In this document: piece by piece, positions 1 to 14,067 of the stretch
Layout of the letters: the number at the start of each line of letters is the position of its first letter
Position numbering within the stretch: the stretch's first letter is position 1
The notes under the pieces: model-generated
What the model saw: only the letters and a program-made list of their open reading frames with translations
What the model was told of the DNA's origin: nothing
The model's database searches: none
From: Octopus vulgaris
Taxonomy: Eukaryota
Direction: 5' to 3'
Assembly: GCA_951406725.2 (NCBI GenBank)
Contig: OX597814.1
Coordinates: forward strand, 123,442,001-123,506,000
DNA: 64,000 bases
Translations under genes and position numbers: made by a program

Positions 1-312
1 CTTGAGGAGACCTATTGAGTCAAGTACATCAACATCAAAATAAAAATCAAATGGAAATTGTAGTTGTGATATCCATGCTGGTGGCACGTAAAAAGCACCA
101 ACCAGTCGTGGCCACAGCCAGTCTCCCCTGGCACCTATGCCGGTTGCACGTAAAAAGCACCCACTACACTCACAGAGTGGTTGGCGTTAGGAAGGGCATC
201 CAGCTGTAGAAACACTGCCAGATCAGACTGGAGCCTGGTGCAACCTCCTGGTTTCCCAGACCACGGTCGAACCGTCCAACCTGTGCAGGCATGGAAAACA
301 GACATTAAACGA
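1..312 (+). mobile_element. RTE LINE 3' UTR fragment (representative of about 20 short copies in the window)
   Basis: gagtggttggcgttaggaagggcatccagctgtagaaac...gcatggaaaacagacattaaacgat. It recurs at about 3947, 16450, 20850, 21866, 31835, 35657, 36025, 42405, 45030, 45530, 50520, 58310 and 59385. Confidence 0.85.
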
Positions 313-314
313 TT

Positions 315-371
<57 letters not shown>

Positions 372-895
372 ACAGATAGATAGGTAGAGAGAAGGAGGGG
401 GAGGTATTTCTTTTCAATTTGGAATGTTTTTTACTATTTATTTATTTAGTCTTTTACCATCTATAGCTACTGGTACGAGACATGAGTTCAAGGATGGTAA
501 CCCCTTTTAGGATGGGGAAAATAATGAAAAGAGGATGGGGTGCGGTTATCACTAAAAGCATTTTTCTTTTTTCCTTAAGGTGCCAAGAAGGAAGATAAGA
601 AGTTCAATGAAATATTAAATATGTGTGTGTGTGTATACATGTGTGCATGCATATGTGTGCCTGTGAGTTTATGTGTTTGGAAATATATCTATGTCTACAC
701 TGTTAATTTCAATATTTTGCATTGAAAAATAAAGTCAGGTTTCTTTGAATTTCGTGTTTTTGCATGAACAAACATTTGTACAATATTTACAAATTAGAAA
801 ATTACATAAAGTTAGAATATTCCAATGTTGTATATATATATAGATACCTGAATATTTGCATATGTATATACATATATATATATATATATAATTTT

Positions 896-1267
896 TCTTT
901 CTTTTACTTGTTTCAATCATTTGTCTGTAGCCATGATGGAGCACCACCTTTTAGTCAAGCAGATCGACCCCAGGACTTATTCTTTGTAAACCTAGTACTT
1001 ATTCTATCAGTCTCTTTGGCCAAACCGCTAGGTTACAGCATCACTTGTCAAGCGATGTTGGGGGACAAACACAGACACACAAACATATACACACACATAC
1101 ATATATATAAACATATATACGACAAGCTTCTTTCAGTTTCCTTCTACCAAATCCACTCACAAGGCTTTGGTCAGCCCGAGGCTATAGTAGAAGACACTTA
1201 CAGGGACATAAACACACCAGCATCAGTTGTCAAGCGATGTTAGGGGGACAAACACTGACACATAAAC

Positions 1268-1358
<91 letters not shown>

Positions 1359-1500
1359 TATGACAAGCTTCTTTCAGTTTCTGTCTACCAAGTCCACTCA
1401 CAAGGCTTTGGTCAGCCCGAGGCTATAGTAGAAGACATTTGCCCAAGGTGCCCCGCAGAGGGACTGAACCCAGCTACTTACCACACAGCCACTCCTGCAC
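896..1500 (-). mobile_element. tRNA-derived SINE family A with internal duplication
   Basis: Same family as 40896-41294. The middle segment with the CA/TA microsatellite occurs twice (about 1040-1200 and 1200-1440). Confidence 0.85.
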
Positions 1501-1789
1501 CTATATATGTACATATATCACCGTGATCACTGTGACTGACCAGGCTATCAGATGTTGCTACACAGCACTGGTCACAATGCATTTTGCTAAGCGAGCAGGC
1601 CAATAGAAGAAAGAGTGAGAAAAAATTGTGGCGAAAGAGTACAGCAGGGATCGCCACCGCCCCCTGCCGGAGTCTCATGGAGCTTTAGGTGTTTTTGATC
1701 ACTAAACACTCACAACGCCCGGTCTGTGAATCGAAACTGCGATCCTACAACCGTGAGTCCACTGCCCTAACCACTGAGCCATTCTGCCT

Positions 1790-1827
<38 letters not shown>

Positions 1828-3189
1828 GTGTGTGTGTGTGTGTGTATGCACGCATGCATGTATGTATGTATGTATAATGGAATGGAAGGTTTATGATACC
1901 TGTGGAGTATCTCCTTCTCCCATTATAATTGTTTTGTAGTTTCAAGGAACTGTAACAGTTCACCGATTTGTGACCTCTGTGCAAAGCGAGGTAATGAGAA
2001 CGGCTCCTTAGTACATCACACAGTCGATACAATAAATATAAATAGAAGAATACATATATCTGCCAGAGGGAAATAAGAGACACAACTGGGTAGAACGTTT
2101 AAGAGAAAATTTATTGATATGTTTACGTGTGATTGTGTGTGCGTCATATATACAGAATAATAGACAGGCCATCATAAGAATAAGATGTATGTGTGTGTAT
2201 GTAAGTATAGACATATGCGTGTTTAAGAACATATAAGGATGGCAATGAAGAAGAGACAGAGAAAGAGTCTGTAGCCATCAAAGTGGGGAGTCAATTGTAC
2301 ACAATAGTTGAAGTACTGTATCAAGAAGTTGCAGCGATGATGCAGTGCTGGTTGTGGTACATGTCATGCATGAAGTTGTGGCTGTGATACTGCTGCCTGG
2401 GTCACTTGGTACAGGAGTTCTCACAGGTTGTATATTCGTTGTTTATTCAAAGTGAAGTAATTCACGAATGGTGCAATGTTGTAATGGGCAAGTACATAGA
2501 GAGATGTTGACATTAGGACGAATGATAGCGACAGATATGGAGGTCACCAAATGCTGTTGGATGAAATCGGTGAGTCTCCACATGGCTGCTGTTGTGTTGT
2601 TGCAGGAACTGGCTGTGTCTTGTGTGGTCAGTGGTTAGACCGTAAAAGGTCTGGAACTGAAAGACCTCGAAACGAGGAAAAGTTTGGCTTTTATAAGGAG
2701 CTGTAAGCTCAAAGCTGAGTAGAAAACAGACTGTTACACATGACTTTATTTGAAGGCTGTGATTGGTTAGATTGCATATTGGCGTAAATAGAGCAAGAGA
2801 CAAATTGCGCTAATACTAGCCAATCAGAGTAGTGAACACAACAGGGTCTAAAATGCAGCCAAAGGCTAGCTGTTATCTACTACGTTCGTATGTATATATA
2901 ATAGAGAGGAGAGGAATTTCACTCAAGTGTACGCTACATATGTATATATGGATAATTGTTCAGTTTGGTTAGATTTAAAAAGTTTTTTTTTACACAACAT
3001 AAACACTGGTGAAATATGACTTGTCTCAAAAAATGAACAGCAACGAACAGATTTGTTCCTTTTTCAACACTTGCAGTGCCATAATTTTCCATCAGTAACA
3101 TCACCACATGTAGTAAGGCCACATGGTGAATTACAATTTTCACAGGTGTACATATTCATAATTAGTCAACACCATGCCAACCACTGAAG

Positions 3190-3710
3190 AATGTTGGAGT
3201 AGAGATTATTTGCCAACATTACATAGCAGTCCTGATTTAGGACAAATGTTGCTATAATTTAGCCCCAGGAGACATCGTCTCCAGCTGGCTATATGACATG
3301 ATCTGTGTCTTTATATTTTCAAACAAGGGAATCTAGCACTCCCACTCAGCTCAAAACAATATCTGTGTATCATGGTTTCTGGGTTATTCCTCTTCATCAG
3401 CACAGATGATGAAGGTGATGCAGCCAAATTTCCGTTCAAAATATATAGTTTTCAAAGTGACAACTAATCAGCAACAGTACTTTGGAGTAAAGATTATTTG
3501 CCAACATAACATGGCAGTCCTGATTTAGAATGAATGTTGCTGAGTGGGGGTGCTAGATTCCCTTATTCAAAAATATAAGGACACAGATTGTATCATACAA
3601 CCAGCTGGAGATGATGTCTCCTGGGGCTAAATTACAGTGACATCCGTCCTAAACCAAGACTGTCATGTTATGTTGACAAATAATCTTTACTCCAAAGTAC
3701 TGTTGCTGAA
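3190..3710. mobile_element. Penelope-like terminal structure (nested direct and inverted repeats around a hammerhead motif)
   Basis: About 3194-3350 is inverted at about 3539-3695. About 3194-3255 is repeated directly at about 3482-3540. The hammerhead motif lies between the arms. Confidence 0.6.
3361..3407 (-). ncRNA. Degenerate minimal hammerhead motif
   Basis: aucugug-CUGAUGA-agaggaauaaccca-GAAAC-CAUG-AUA-cacagau. Perfect 7-bp stem I; stems II and III are damaged. Confidence 0.55.
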
Positions 3711-3907
3711 TATCTCTCGTTGTGAGATTTACAAATAGTAATTTTCTAACTGAAGAATATTGTCTCCAGTTTTTCCTAATTGAATGATAGTCCATGATTC
3801 CTCTAAGATTGATTCGTCCCTTTGCTTCTTTTACTACTTATCTCCCACTTAATTTTTATTTAAATTTTTAATCTAACCAAAAGGAACAATTACCATCTAT
3901 ATGTATA

Positions 3908-3944
<37 letters not shown>

Positions 3945-4819
3945 TGTGCCAGTGGCATGTAAAAAGCACCCACTACACTCATGGAGGGATTGGCATTAGG
4001 AAGGGCATCCAACTGTAGAAACACTGCCAGATCAGACTGGAGCCTGGTGCAGCCTCCTGGCTTCCCAGACCCCGGTCAAAGCGTCCAACCCATGCTAGCA
4101 TGGAAAACGGACATTAAACGATGATGATGATGATGATGATGACGATGATAATGATGATGATATATGTGTGTGTGTGTGTATGTGTGTATATGTATGTATA
4201 TGTGTGTGTGTGTGTATACATAAGTATGTATGTATGTATGTATGTATGTATTAAAGAAATCAAAATATAAAACAAAAATGATAGTGTTCAGTATGCTGGT
4301 CACAGGAATTTCTGTCAAAGAGACATGGTTAAATAAGGCTGTACATCATCTCCCTCTTTCTCTCAAATACCCACTCTTTCTTTCTCTCTCTTATTATTAT
4401 TTATTATTACTCCCACTGCCACCATCAATGCTGCTACTTTTAATAAAACATCATCAACTCTCCTTAAATTTCTTTGTCTCTCTCTTTCTCTCTTTCTCTT
4501 TTTCTCTATCTCTCTATCTCTGTCTCTCTGTCTCTCTCTCTTTCTGTCTTTACTACTGCTCTCACTATCTCTACTATTACTCTCACCCCAGCATGAGGAA
4601 TAGTAGAATAGTAAGAGATGGGGGGGGGGGTCAAAGTGTGACACACTAACACACAGAAATAAGTTTTTGCATTTATTATATACAGAGTACGATAGGTAAA
4701 TTGTCACCATTTTATATTTTATATTTTTATATTTTTTATTTCGCACATGTGCATTGTTTGTTTTTGATTTTGTCGACTACACAGTATAGTAGGGTCAGTT
4801 GGGTATCGTCTGTGACAAA

Positions 4820-5310
4820 AACAGCACCATGACACAATTTACTCTGGCAGAAATTTGGCAATGTTATACCTCCATTCATCTCCACACACTACCTCAGACT
4901 TAACATGGAGGCCCACATCAAGTGCCTGGAGAAGGTAGTGCTGCCCTAGGTCAAGTGGGTGGCTGCTGGAAGACCCTATGTCTGGCAACAGGACTTTGCA
5001 CAATGCCACACAAACAAGAAAACCCAGTCATGGCTGTCAGACAATTTCTACAACCACACCATCCCTAACATCTGACCACCTAACTCCCCAGACTGCAACC
5101 CCCTTGATTATCAAGTGTGTGGCACAGTTGTGCGAGAGACCAACAAAACTCCTTGTAACACCAAAGATAAACTGAAGGCAAAGATTATGGCAAAAGAGTT
5201 GCAGAAGATTTCTAAGTCATGTGGAGGCCGTGGCTGAAGCCAATGGTAATCTTATTGAATAAATTTACTCGTTAGTATTTCAAGATATTTTTATGTAATT
5301 TTGGTAAATA
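4820..5310 (+). mobile_element. Tc1/mariner (DD37D, maT-like) transposase remnant
   Basis: Translates VWQQDFAQCHTNKKTQSWLSDNFYNHTIPNI*PPNSPDCNPLDYQVCGTV, with 37 residues between the second and third catalytic D. Contains a stop codon. Confidence 0.8.
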
Positions 5311-5731
5311 TATTTAAGGAGTAAAATATTATGGCAGGAGTAACAGTATAGAAATGAAAAGAAAAAAAAAACACAACTTCACTGTAGAGAATTATTGTAG
5401 AAAATTAGAAGTGAAAATTTTCTTTTTAGAGAAAATTATTTTTTCCTATCTCTGATCTATATTGTGTATATCTGTGATCTATACTGTATATATTACTAGT
5501 CTACATGATTTATTCCTCTTATCTACTCTGTTTATATTTCAGGTTTACAATGATTATATCTATGATCTACAAAGGTTATGTCTGGTCTACACTGTTGTTA
5601 TCTCTGGTCTACAATAATTATATCTCTGGTCTACAGTGTTTATTACTCAAATGTTCAGTCACCAGTTATGTACATAATTTTCATGATTCATTGACTGTGA
5701 CTTTGTGTTTTGGTGAAGATATAACATCAAA

Positions 5732-6123
5732 TCTCTATATATACAAAGCTGAAGTTGTCTGTGTATGGCAGGTTTGGTAGCCTTCAACTAACACTATCTC
5801 CTCCGGCACCCTGCGGCGTAAGTTGACCAAAATTGAGAGTATGATAGAAGCAGGCTTGCTCTTCATTCCGTAGAAGAAAAAATTCAAATCAGACCATGTT
5901 AACACCAAAAATTATTTACATCAAAAAGCCACTTTTTTTCTATGAAAATCCCTATTTTTTACGATTTTTTTACTGCTGTGACGCCAGTTTTCAGTGTATT
6001 TCAACCAGAAAATTGTTCACTTAAAGAGAATAACAAGCTACATAATGCAAAATTTTTACTTTTCAAAAATTCCAATTCTAAAGGGTTGAAACAAACCCAA
6101 GCAACGCCGGGCGATACTGCTAG
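5732..6123 (+). mobile_element. Non-autonomous Helitron-like element
   Basis: Begins A|TC (tctctatatatacaaag), ends CTAG|T, with a subterminal GC-rich cccaagcaacgccggg hairpin remnant. Confidence 0.7.
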
Positions 6124-6879
6124 TTATATATAAAACTGTATTATAAGAAATCCAGCACCCACTACTTGCAAATATTCTTGTTAAGACATATCTTAATGTC
6201 TCTGCAGTCATTAATTTCAGATACTATAAGGGTATTAAGTGGGAATACATTGAGCTGAGGGTATGGATCAATAATGGTAGTGAGACATAATACTTTTAGT
6301 TTGAGATGATTTAATGAATGTGTTATTTTAATCTAGATGAAAGATGGAGGGCATGTTGCGGCATAGTGAGTAATGCACCAGAAGTGAAGGGAAATATAAG
6401 GGGGTGATGCAGCAGAAGTGAGGGAGGAATTGATGTCAGGTAATAAAGCAAAAGATTTGAGTGTCTCTTTTTGAGAGGCGGTTGGATGGAACTTACACTC
6501 GCCTCCTTATGAGAGCTCAAAATCTCTCATGGAAGCGTCATCCAACCAAAGTACACATATATGGGAAATTACCACCTGTATCATCTCTTGTGAAAGGTAG
6601 AAGAGTCCAGTTTGCTGGACATTGTTGAAGAGCTGAAAACGAGGTAATTTCTACTCTTCTCTTCTGAAAGCCATCTGCTTGCGATACCAGAGGGCGCACA
6701 CTCTCCTACCCTGATGTAATCTCCAGGGATACAGGCATCGAGCAACAGGACCTCTGTAATACTATGATGGACCGTGAAGTCTGGTATAACATAGTAAATT
6801 CCATTGTCTCGACCACAGTTGAACAATGATGATGATGATGATGATGTCTCTTTTTCTAGACAGGTAGATACCAAGAACT

Positions 6880-8340
6880 CTGAGGAAGCAAATACGACAG
6901 ACAAAATCGAAGACAGGGAATTCCAGGCTGAGTTTCATGACGAGTGATGGACAGTGGAGTAGCTCTGAAAGGAAGAGCCACTAGTGTTGAGAAATAAGGT
7001 GTTGCTACGAGCATGCCTTGAAAGGAAAGGCCAGGAATGAGCTCAAGAGAGGGGCAAAATAGGTGAATTGAAGAGAGTATCTTAATACTTTAAAAAGAAG
7101 AGACAAAGAATGGTGTGTTGCCGATGATGGCCATGATTCAGCCAAACAAAATAAAGTCCAGTCAGTGTTGGGTTTCTGGGAGCTGAATGAGTATGTATCA
7201 TATCATATGAGTGGTGAAGCCACAGATATCTGTGGGGAAACCTTGCAGGAGTGACAGTAGTGTCTACAATTATCAATCTCAAGTCAGTATATTTACAACT
7301 CTATATGGCTGAGAAATTGTGGAGATATCAGCTGCTGAGATACAAAGGCAGGTGGATGTTGTTTCCAGGATTAAAAAAAATCCCTGGTTGGAGATGCTGG
7401 AGGAATCACTGAGTATGATGGCTGCAGTATGTTTGCTGGAAAGTCTGGAGCCAAGGAGGCTACATAACATGCATCATATGGTGGTGGAGAGGACCCTGTT
7501 TTGGGCCAGGAAAGTTGACTCTGATATCACAAGGGAGAGTATCCAGAAGGTAGTTGAGAACTATGAAAGGTGTCAGACCATTGACCTCACACCAAGTGAG
7601 CAAGAAATGAAGATTTAGGTGGAAGAAGACTAGAAGTTGGTAATAGAGGTGATGAACAACCCAGAAAGATTGTACCTTTCAATGATCAACTGTGAGCCAG
7701 TGCAGATGGCAATAAGGAGAGAAATCAGGATGAAGACTGTAGCTGAAATTGGAGGGGTGTTGAATGCAGTATTTCTAGAAAGCAAGCCAGTGAACAAGCT
7801 GTTGACGGACAACAGTACAGCACTTACTTTTGGGATTGCTGAAGGGAATACTTGACAGATGGAACATCAGACACTTCCTCAGAGTTGCATATAGTCTGAG
7901 TGGAAATGTGATTGTAGAAATACACTATCACAAAATCAAGGCCATGGCCAAAAAAGAATGAATCTCCCCCTTTGAGACAGTTTTCTGGGCCAACATGTCA
8001 CCCAAGGCAAGACAATGAGGAGTCGGTCCCATAAAGAGAAATATTCAGGTATGAATGGAAACATTCAAGCATTGTGCTGTTGCATTTTGAGGAAGAACTT
8101 GCATCCTTTCAGAGGGGGATGAGGTGTGGGTGAAACTATCCAATGTGAAGTGCATGATTCAGTGGGGGAAAAGCAAATGTGACAGAAGTGAACTCTTAAA
8201 TAACATTTCGATCAAAAGAATGCTGTGTCGCATTCTGAACATGCATATGGTTGTCAGCTCCTCAGATGAAGAACAACAAGAGGGTGAGGCCAGCCCCACA
8301 ATCTTGCAAAGGTCACACTACGTACATGAAGGAGTAATAG
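6880..8340 (+). mobile_element. Decayed Ty3/Gypsy LTR-retrotransposon internal fragment (RT N-terminus plus integrase)
   Basis: PMMAMIQPNK...VLGFWELNEYV (RT start), HNMHHM...ERCQTID (HHCC-like), and LLTDNSTA...FLRVAYSLSGNVIVE (integrase core). Many stops and frameshifts. Confidence 0.75.
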
Positions 8341-8687
8341 ATATCCTGCCACAAAAATACCAGCTGCAGATTATTCTGATGATTTAGTCTTACTTACCAA
8401 TCTATTAAGCCAAGCAGAAACCATTCTCCATGGCCTTGAACATTCAGCTAAAGGTATCAGTCTCCATGTTGACTCAGACAAAACATAAGCTTAAATCAAA
8501 ATGAAACAATTAAAACAGTGCCTGGCACACTTCTCAACTGTGTAGAAGAATTTACTCCTCCAAGTAGTAAAATCTCAGTCTGCAAAAGCAATGGAAACAC
8601 ATGCATTGGAAAAGCCAGATATGATGAACAATAGAATTGGATGGCGAGAGAGCCACAGGAATCTGTGCAAGCACTGTGACTAGATAC

Positions 8688-8909
8688 TCTTTTACTTGTT
8701 TCAGTCATTTTACTGTGGTCATGCTGGAGCACTGCCTTTTAGTCGAGCAAATCAACCCCAGGACTTATTCTTTGTAAGCCTAGTAATTATTCTATCAGTC
8801 TCTTTTGCCGAACCACTAAGTTACGGTGACGTAAACACACCAGCATCAGTTGTCAAGCGATGTTGGGGTGGGAGGGACAAACACGGACACACAAACATAT
8901 ACACACACG

Positions 8910-8947
<38 letters not shown>

Positions 8948-9108
8948 TACAACAGGCTTCTTTCAGTTTCCGTCTACCAAATCCACTCACAAGGTTTTGA
9001 TCAGCCTGAGGCTATAGTAGAAGACACTTGCCCAAGGTGCCACGCAGTGGGACTGAACCCAGAACTATGTGGTTGGTAAGGAAGCTACCTACCACACAGC
9101 CACTCCTA
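8688..9108 (-). mobile_element. SINE family A, full length
   Basis: tRNA-like head (ggagtggctgtgtggt...gggttcagtccc), central microsatellite, and aaacaagtaaaagag tail. Confidence 0.9.
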
Positions 9109-9842
9109 CAAATGAGAAAGACATTATTGATTATCCCATGTAGCTTAGCTATGGCGAATATATATTTCTGTCTCCAGGCTGGTATTGTTTTTTATATCAT
9201 GGAGACAACATAGAGTATGGTCAGCACTGTATCTAATACACACGTCTCAGAATTTAGATTTTATTTGTTTGTTGTTGTCGTTGTTGTCCAACCCTAGGTC
9301 AGCTCTGATCTAGTCGACCTGTAGAATAACTAGGCACAACACTCATATCTGTATACTGCTTTTGACTTACTGGGGACCACACTGCACACTCTGACATGCA
9401 ATGAGGAACTTGATGTTATGCCGTGTAACACTTTGAATATATATTCTCTTTTCTATTTTAAATTTATAAGTCTGTAGATTATTGTGGTCGACACAGTGGG
9501 CGTGAAAAACGAGGAATGCCTTTGACCATAGGTTTCCTCAACCATATGGTTTACTCGGGGCTAATAATCAATAACAACACCCTCACTTTGTAACAAAGAC
9601 GGGCATATGTATAAAGGAAATTTAACAGCCAGAGCGGGAATGTTGCAGGGGACATAACTCTTAAATCACCAAACTGTATTCTGTTGTGTCTGGGGAGAGT
9701 CATTTTCTTTTTGTGCCTTATAATTAACTGTATTATTACTTCTGCTGAGGTTACAAGTGAGTTTTACCAATAACATTTTTCCAAATATTCAGACTACAGA
9801 TCTGTCTGACGGAGCCGAAGCTTTGAAGCCACTATTCTTTCA

Positions 9843-10248
9843 TTCTTTTACTTGTTTCAGTCATTTGACTGCGACCATGCTGGAGCACCGCCTTTAGTAG
9901 AGCAAATCGACCCCGGGACTTATTCTTTGGAAGCCTAGTACTTATTCTATCGGTCCCTTTTGCCGAACCGCTAAGTGACGGGGACGTAAACACACCAGCA
10001 TCGGTTGTCAAGCAATGCTAGGAGGACAAACACAGACATACACACATACACACACACACATATATATATATATACATATATACGACAGGCTTCTTTCAGT
10101 TTCCGTCTACCAAATCCACTCACAAGGCATTGGTCGGCCCGGGGCTATAGCAGAAGACACTTGCCCAAGATGCCATGCAGTGGGACTGAACCCTGAACCA
10201 TGTGGTTGGTTAGCAAGCTACTTACCACACAGCCACTCCTGCGCCTAT
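9843..10248 (-). mobile_element. SINE family A, full length
   Basis: Same head, body and tail as the other family-A copies. Confidence 0.9.
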
Positions 10249-10534
10249 CAATAAAATATTTTTAAATATCTGTCTTGAGACTTGTAGTGGGCCCTTTATC
10301 CATTTTATAATGCTCATTGTGTTTTTTTTTATGTTTATAATAACTTTTTTTAACATGTGTACACACACACACACACACAGATAGATAGATAGATAGACTT
10401 ATATATATATATATATATATATATACACCAAAGGATAATCTGAAATATTAGAAATTTCCATTACCAGTGGCCTAGCGTGTAAAAAATTTAGTCAATAGAC
10501 TATATATTATTCATATAAATACAGTGTACATATG

Positions 10535-10736
10535 AACATAAAAGAGGTACCCATCACAGGACTACCTGCATGCTAGAGAGGACAGTTAAATTCCAAACCA
10601 CTATTAGGGATAAAATTTCGATGGTAAATGTTTTTATTTTTCATTCCATTTGAAATTTTATCCCTAATAGTGGTTTGGAATTTAACTGTACTCTCAAACG
10701 TGCAGATAGTCCTGTGATGGATACCTCTTTTGTGTT
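10535..10736. repeat. Inverted repeat with about 85-bp arms
   Basis: 10535-10619 pairs with 10652-10736, including a perfect core cagttaaattccaaaccactattagggataaaatttc. Confidence 0.9.
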
Positions 10737-11012
10737 TAAATGAATATATATATATATATATATATATATAAGAAATATTGAATTTCTAAGTCTCTCGTAG
10801 AGACATGTACGGTGGTGGGGCGATAGAATGGTTGTATACTGTCAATCTAACAAGAACGTGACAGTAGGGGGTACACCACCGCTGTATAGCCCTAGGAAGC
10901 ATCGAACGCCTCCTGATAGCTTTGACACATTTTTTCCCTGTGTCCTTATATACATATACTAAGGGGAGACAAACACCCCCGGCCACCGGAACTGCATCTA
11001 GGGACACTGTGT

Positions 11013-11519
<507 letters not shown>

Positions 11520-12279
11520 AAAGATGGAAAGCGGACATTAAACGATAATGATCATGATGGTGATGATATGAGTGCGTAGACAAACGAAAGGACTCTCAAC
11601 ACATTTATTGGGAGTTACATGTATAAATCAAAGGAGTTTGATCTATACTCCATGGTACTCTGAGTTTCAAGCATGTGGCTTTGAATGAGAGTTCAATTGA
11701 AGAGACTCAATGTCTATTACTGCATATTAGCCTATGATTGGTCAAGAAAGGTCACGTGGTATAGCAGTTTGATGTCAGTATTTCAGCAAAAAACAGACAG
11801 TTGGAAAATACCACATGGGGAACAGGAAATTGACCGTGTGGTGGACAAGAGATCGGTCATGTGGTTAGGGGTAAGTAGGAAATGGCAGTAGATGTAGGGG
11901 TATATATGTAAATGTATATACACAGCGGCAAGTTGGCAGAATTGTTAACATGCCAGGTAAAATGCTTAGCAGTATTTCATCTGCCGTTACATTCTGAGTT
12001 CAAATTCCACTGAGGTCAACTTTGCCTTTCATCCTTTTGGGGTCGATTAAATAAGTACCAGTTACGCATTGGGGTCGATGTAACCGACTCAGTCCCTTTG
12101 ACTGTCTTTGTTTCTCCTCACTGTGTTTAGCCCCCTGTGGGCAATACAAAAATTAAAAAAATAAATATGTAAATGTATATACCCATATATCTTTGTGCAT
12201 GCATCTGTACTTATATGAGTATGTATGTATGCTTAGATGTACATACACACACACACACACACCTTTATCTCCACGCTTG

Positions 12280-12363
12280 AAACTCTCTTTTGCCAAACCA
12301 CTAAGTTACGAGGACGTAAACACAGACACACAAACATACACGCACACACACACACACACATAT

Positions 12364-12444
<81 letters not shown>

Positions 12445-12645
12445 TACATACATACATATATATGATAGGCTTCTTTCAATTTCCGTCTACCAAATCCACT
12501 CACAAGGCTTTGGTCAGCCTGAGGCTATAGTAGAAGACACTTGCCCAAGGTGCCACACAGTGGGACGGAATCCAGAACTATGTGGTTGGTAAGCAAGCTA
12601 CTTACCACACAGCCACTCCTGTGCCTCCACACAGACACTCCTGCA
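12280..12645 (-). mobile_element. SINE family A, partial
   Basis: Head and body present, with an expanded (GATA)n/(GA)n tract. Confidence 0.8.
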
Positions 12646-13182
12646 CCCAATGTAATTAATTTCTATCTCTTTCCAATGAAAATCTCAGAAATGCCATTCT
12701 TTTCACATTAACTGATGACAAAGTCATTCTAGTTGATGATTTTTAGATTCCAGGGTAGGTTGTGATTGCACAGTCTTGCTTGGAATGCTTTGGCTTTGGT
12801 AAAAAAAAAAGTGCTGTGATCTTCACCTATTAGAGTTTTGTCCTGAACTGGGTCTTGTAATAGATTATATGCTATTTTGTCATCAAAACAGTATCATCTT
12901 ATTTATTTCATCTTAATATGTAATTATGATGTTCATAAATTCAGTGATATTGGTCTTGTATGGGGGTTGTGTATTGGATGGATCGTTACCTTGAATGAGC
13001 AAAGCTAAAGTTGGTGACTGGGAGGAAGTTTACACAACACAAAGGTTCTGAAATAATCTAATGTTGACTAATTCTGCATTATTTGTATCCTTTCATAAAC
13101 TGCTTATTCATTCATCTCCTGATGGTTCATAGACTTAAAACAAAACGTTTACACCATCTCTGTCAATATTTTGACAATACAA

Positions 13183-13555
13183 AGGTGGCGAACTGGCAGA
13201 AATGTTAGCACGCTGGGCGAAATGCTTAGCAGTATCTTGTCTGCCGTTACATTCTGAGTTCAATTTCCACCGAGGTTTACTTTGCCTTTCACCCTTTCAG
13301 GGTCGATAAATTAAGTACCAGTTATGCACTGGGGTCGATCTAATGGACTTAATCCCTTTGTCTCTTCTTGTTTGTCCCCTCTATATTTAGCCCCTTGTGG
13401 GCAATAAAGAAATAAGAAACGTTAGCATGCCAGGCAAAATGCTTAGCGGTATTTTGTCTGTTTTTACGTTCTGAGTTCAAATTCTGCCAAGGTTGACCAA
13501 AGTCTTGTGAATAGACTTGGTAGACGGAAACTGAAAGAAGCCCATTGTATATATG

Positions 13556-13621
<66 letters not shown>

Positions 13622-13840
13622 AGTGTGTGTGTATGTTTGTGTGTCTGTGTTTGTCCCCCAGCATCGCTTGACAACCGATGCTGGTGTGTTTACCTCCCCG
13701 TAACTTAGCGGTTCAGCAAAAAAGACCAATAGAATAAGCACTAGGCTTACAAAGAATAAGTCCTGGGGTTGATTTCTTTGACTAAAGGCAGTGCTCCAGC
13801 ATGGCCACAGTCAAATGACTGAAACAAGTAAAAGAGTAAA
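13183..13840 (+). mobile_element. SINE family B (partly duplicated) fused to a SINE family A body and tail
   Basis: ggtggcgaactggcagaaatgttagc head, restart at about 13415, and switch to family-A sequence at about 13490. Confidence 0.8.
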
Positions 13841-14067
13841 AGAATAGTGTAAGCATTTATGTACATACACACACAAACACACACACCTCCTATATAAGGC
13901 ACGGACATGAACACATAATACGCAGTCACAAATACATGGATGTGGACCCACAGGACACTTATATGCATATATGTATCCATATACTCACACACTCATAAAA
14001 CACTTCACAGATAATTATATTGTTATTTGCAATGGCTATTTATCTATACTTACATACATACATGCAT

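Noticed and set aside
764-1428. ORFs of 60-160 aa rich in YI/HT/CV repeats (also at 8696, 10005, 11195, 13349, 14255, 28214 and others)
   Set aside because: They are translations of SINE bodies and microsatellites that recur across the window, not genes.
1875-2885. Possible solo LTR (CCAAT/TATA-like motifs, unique composition)
   Set aside because: I could not define TG...CA termini, a TSD or a second copy in the window.
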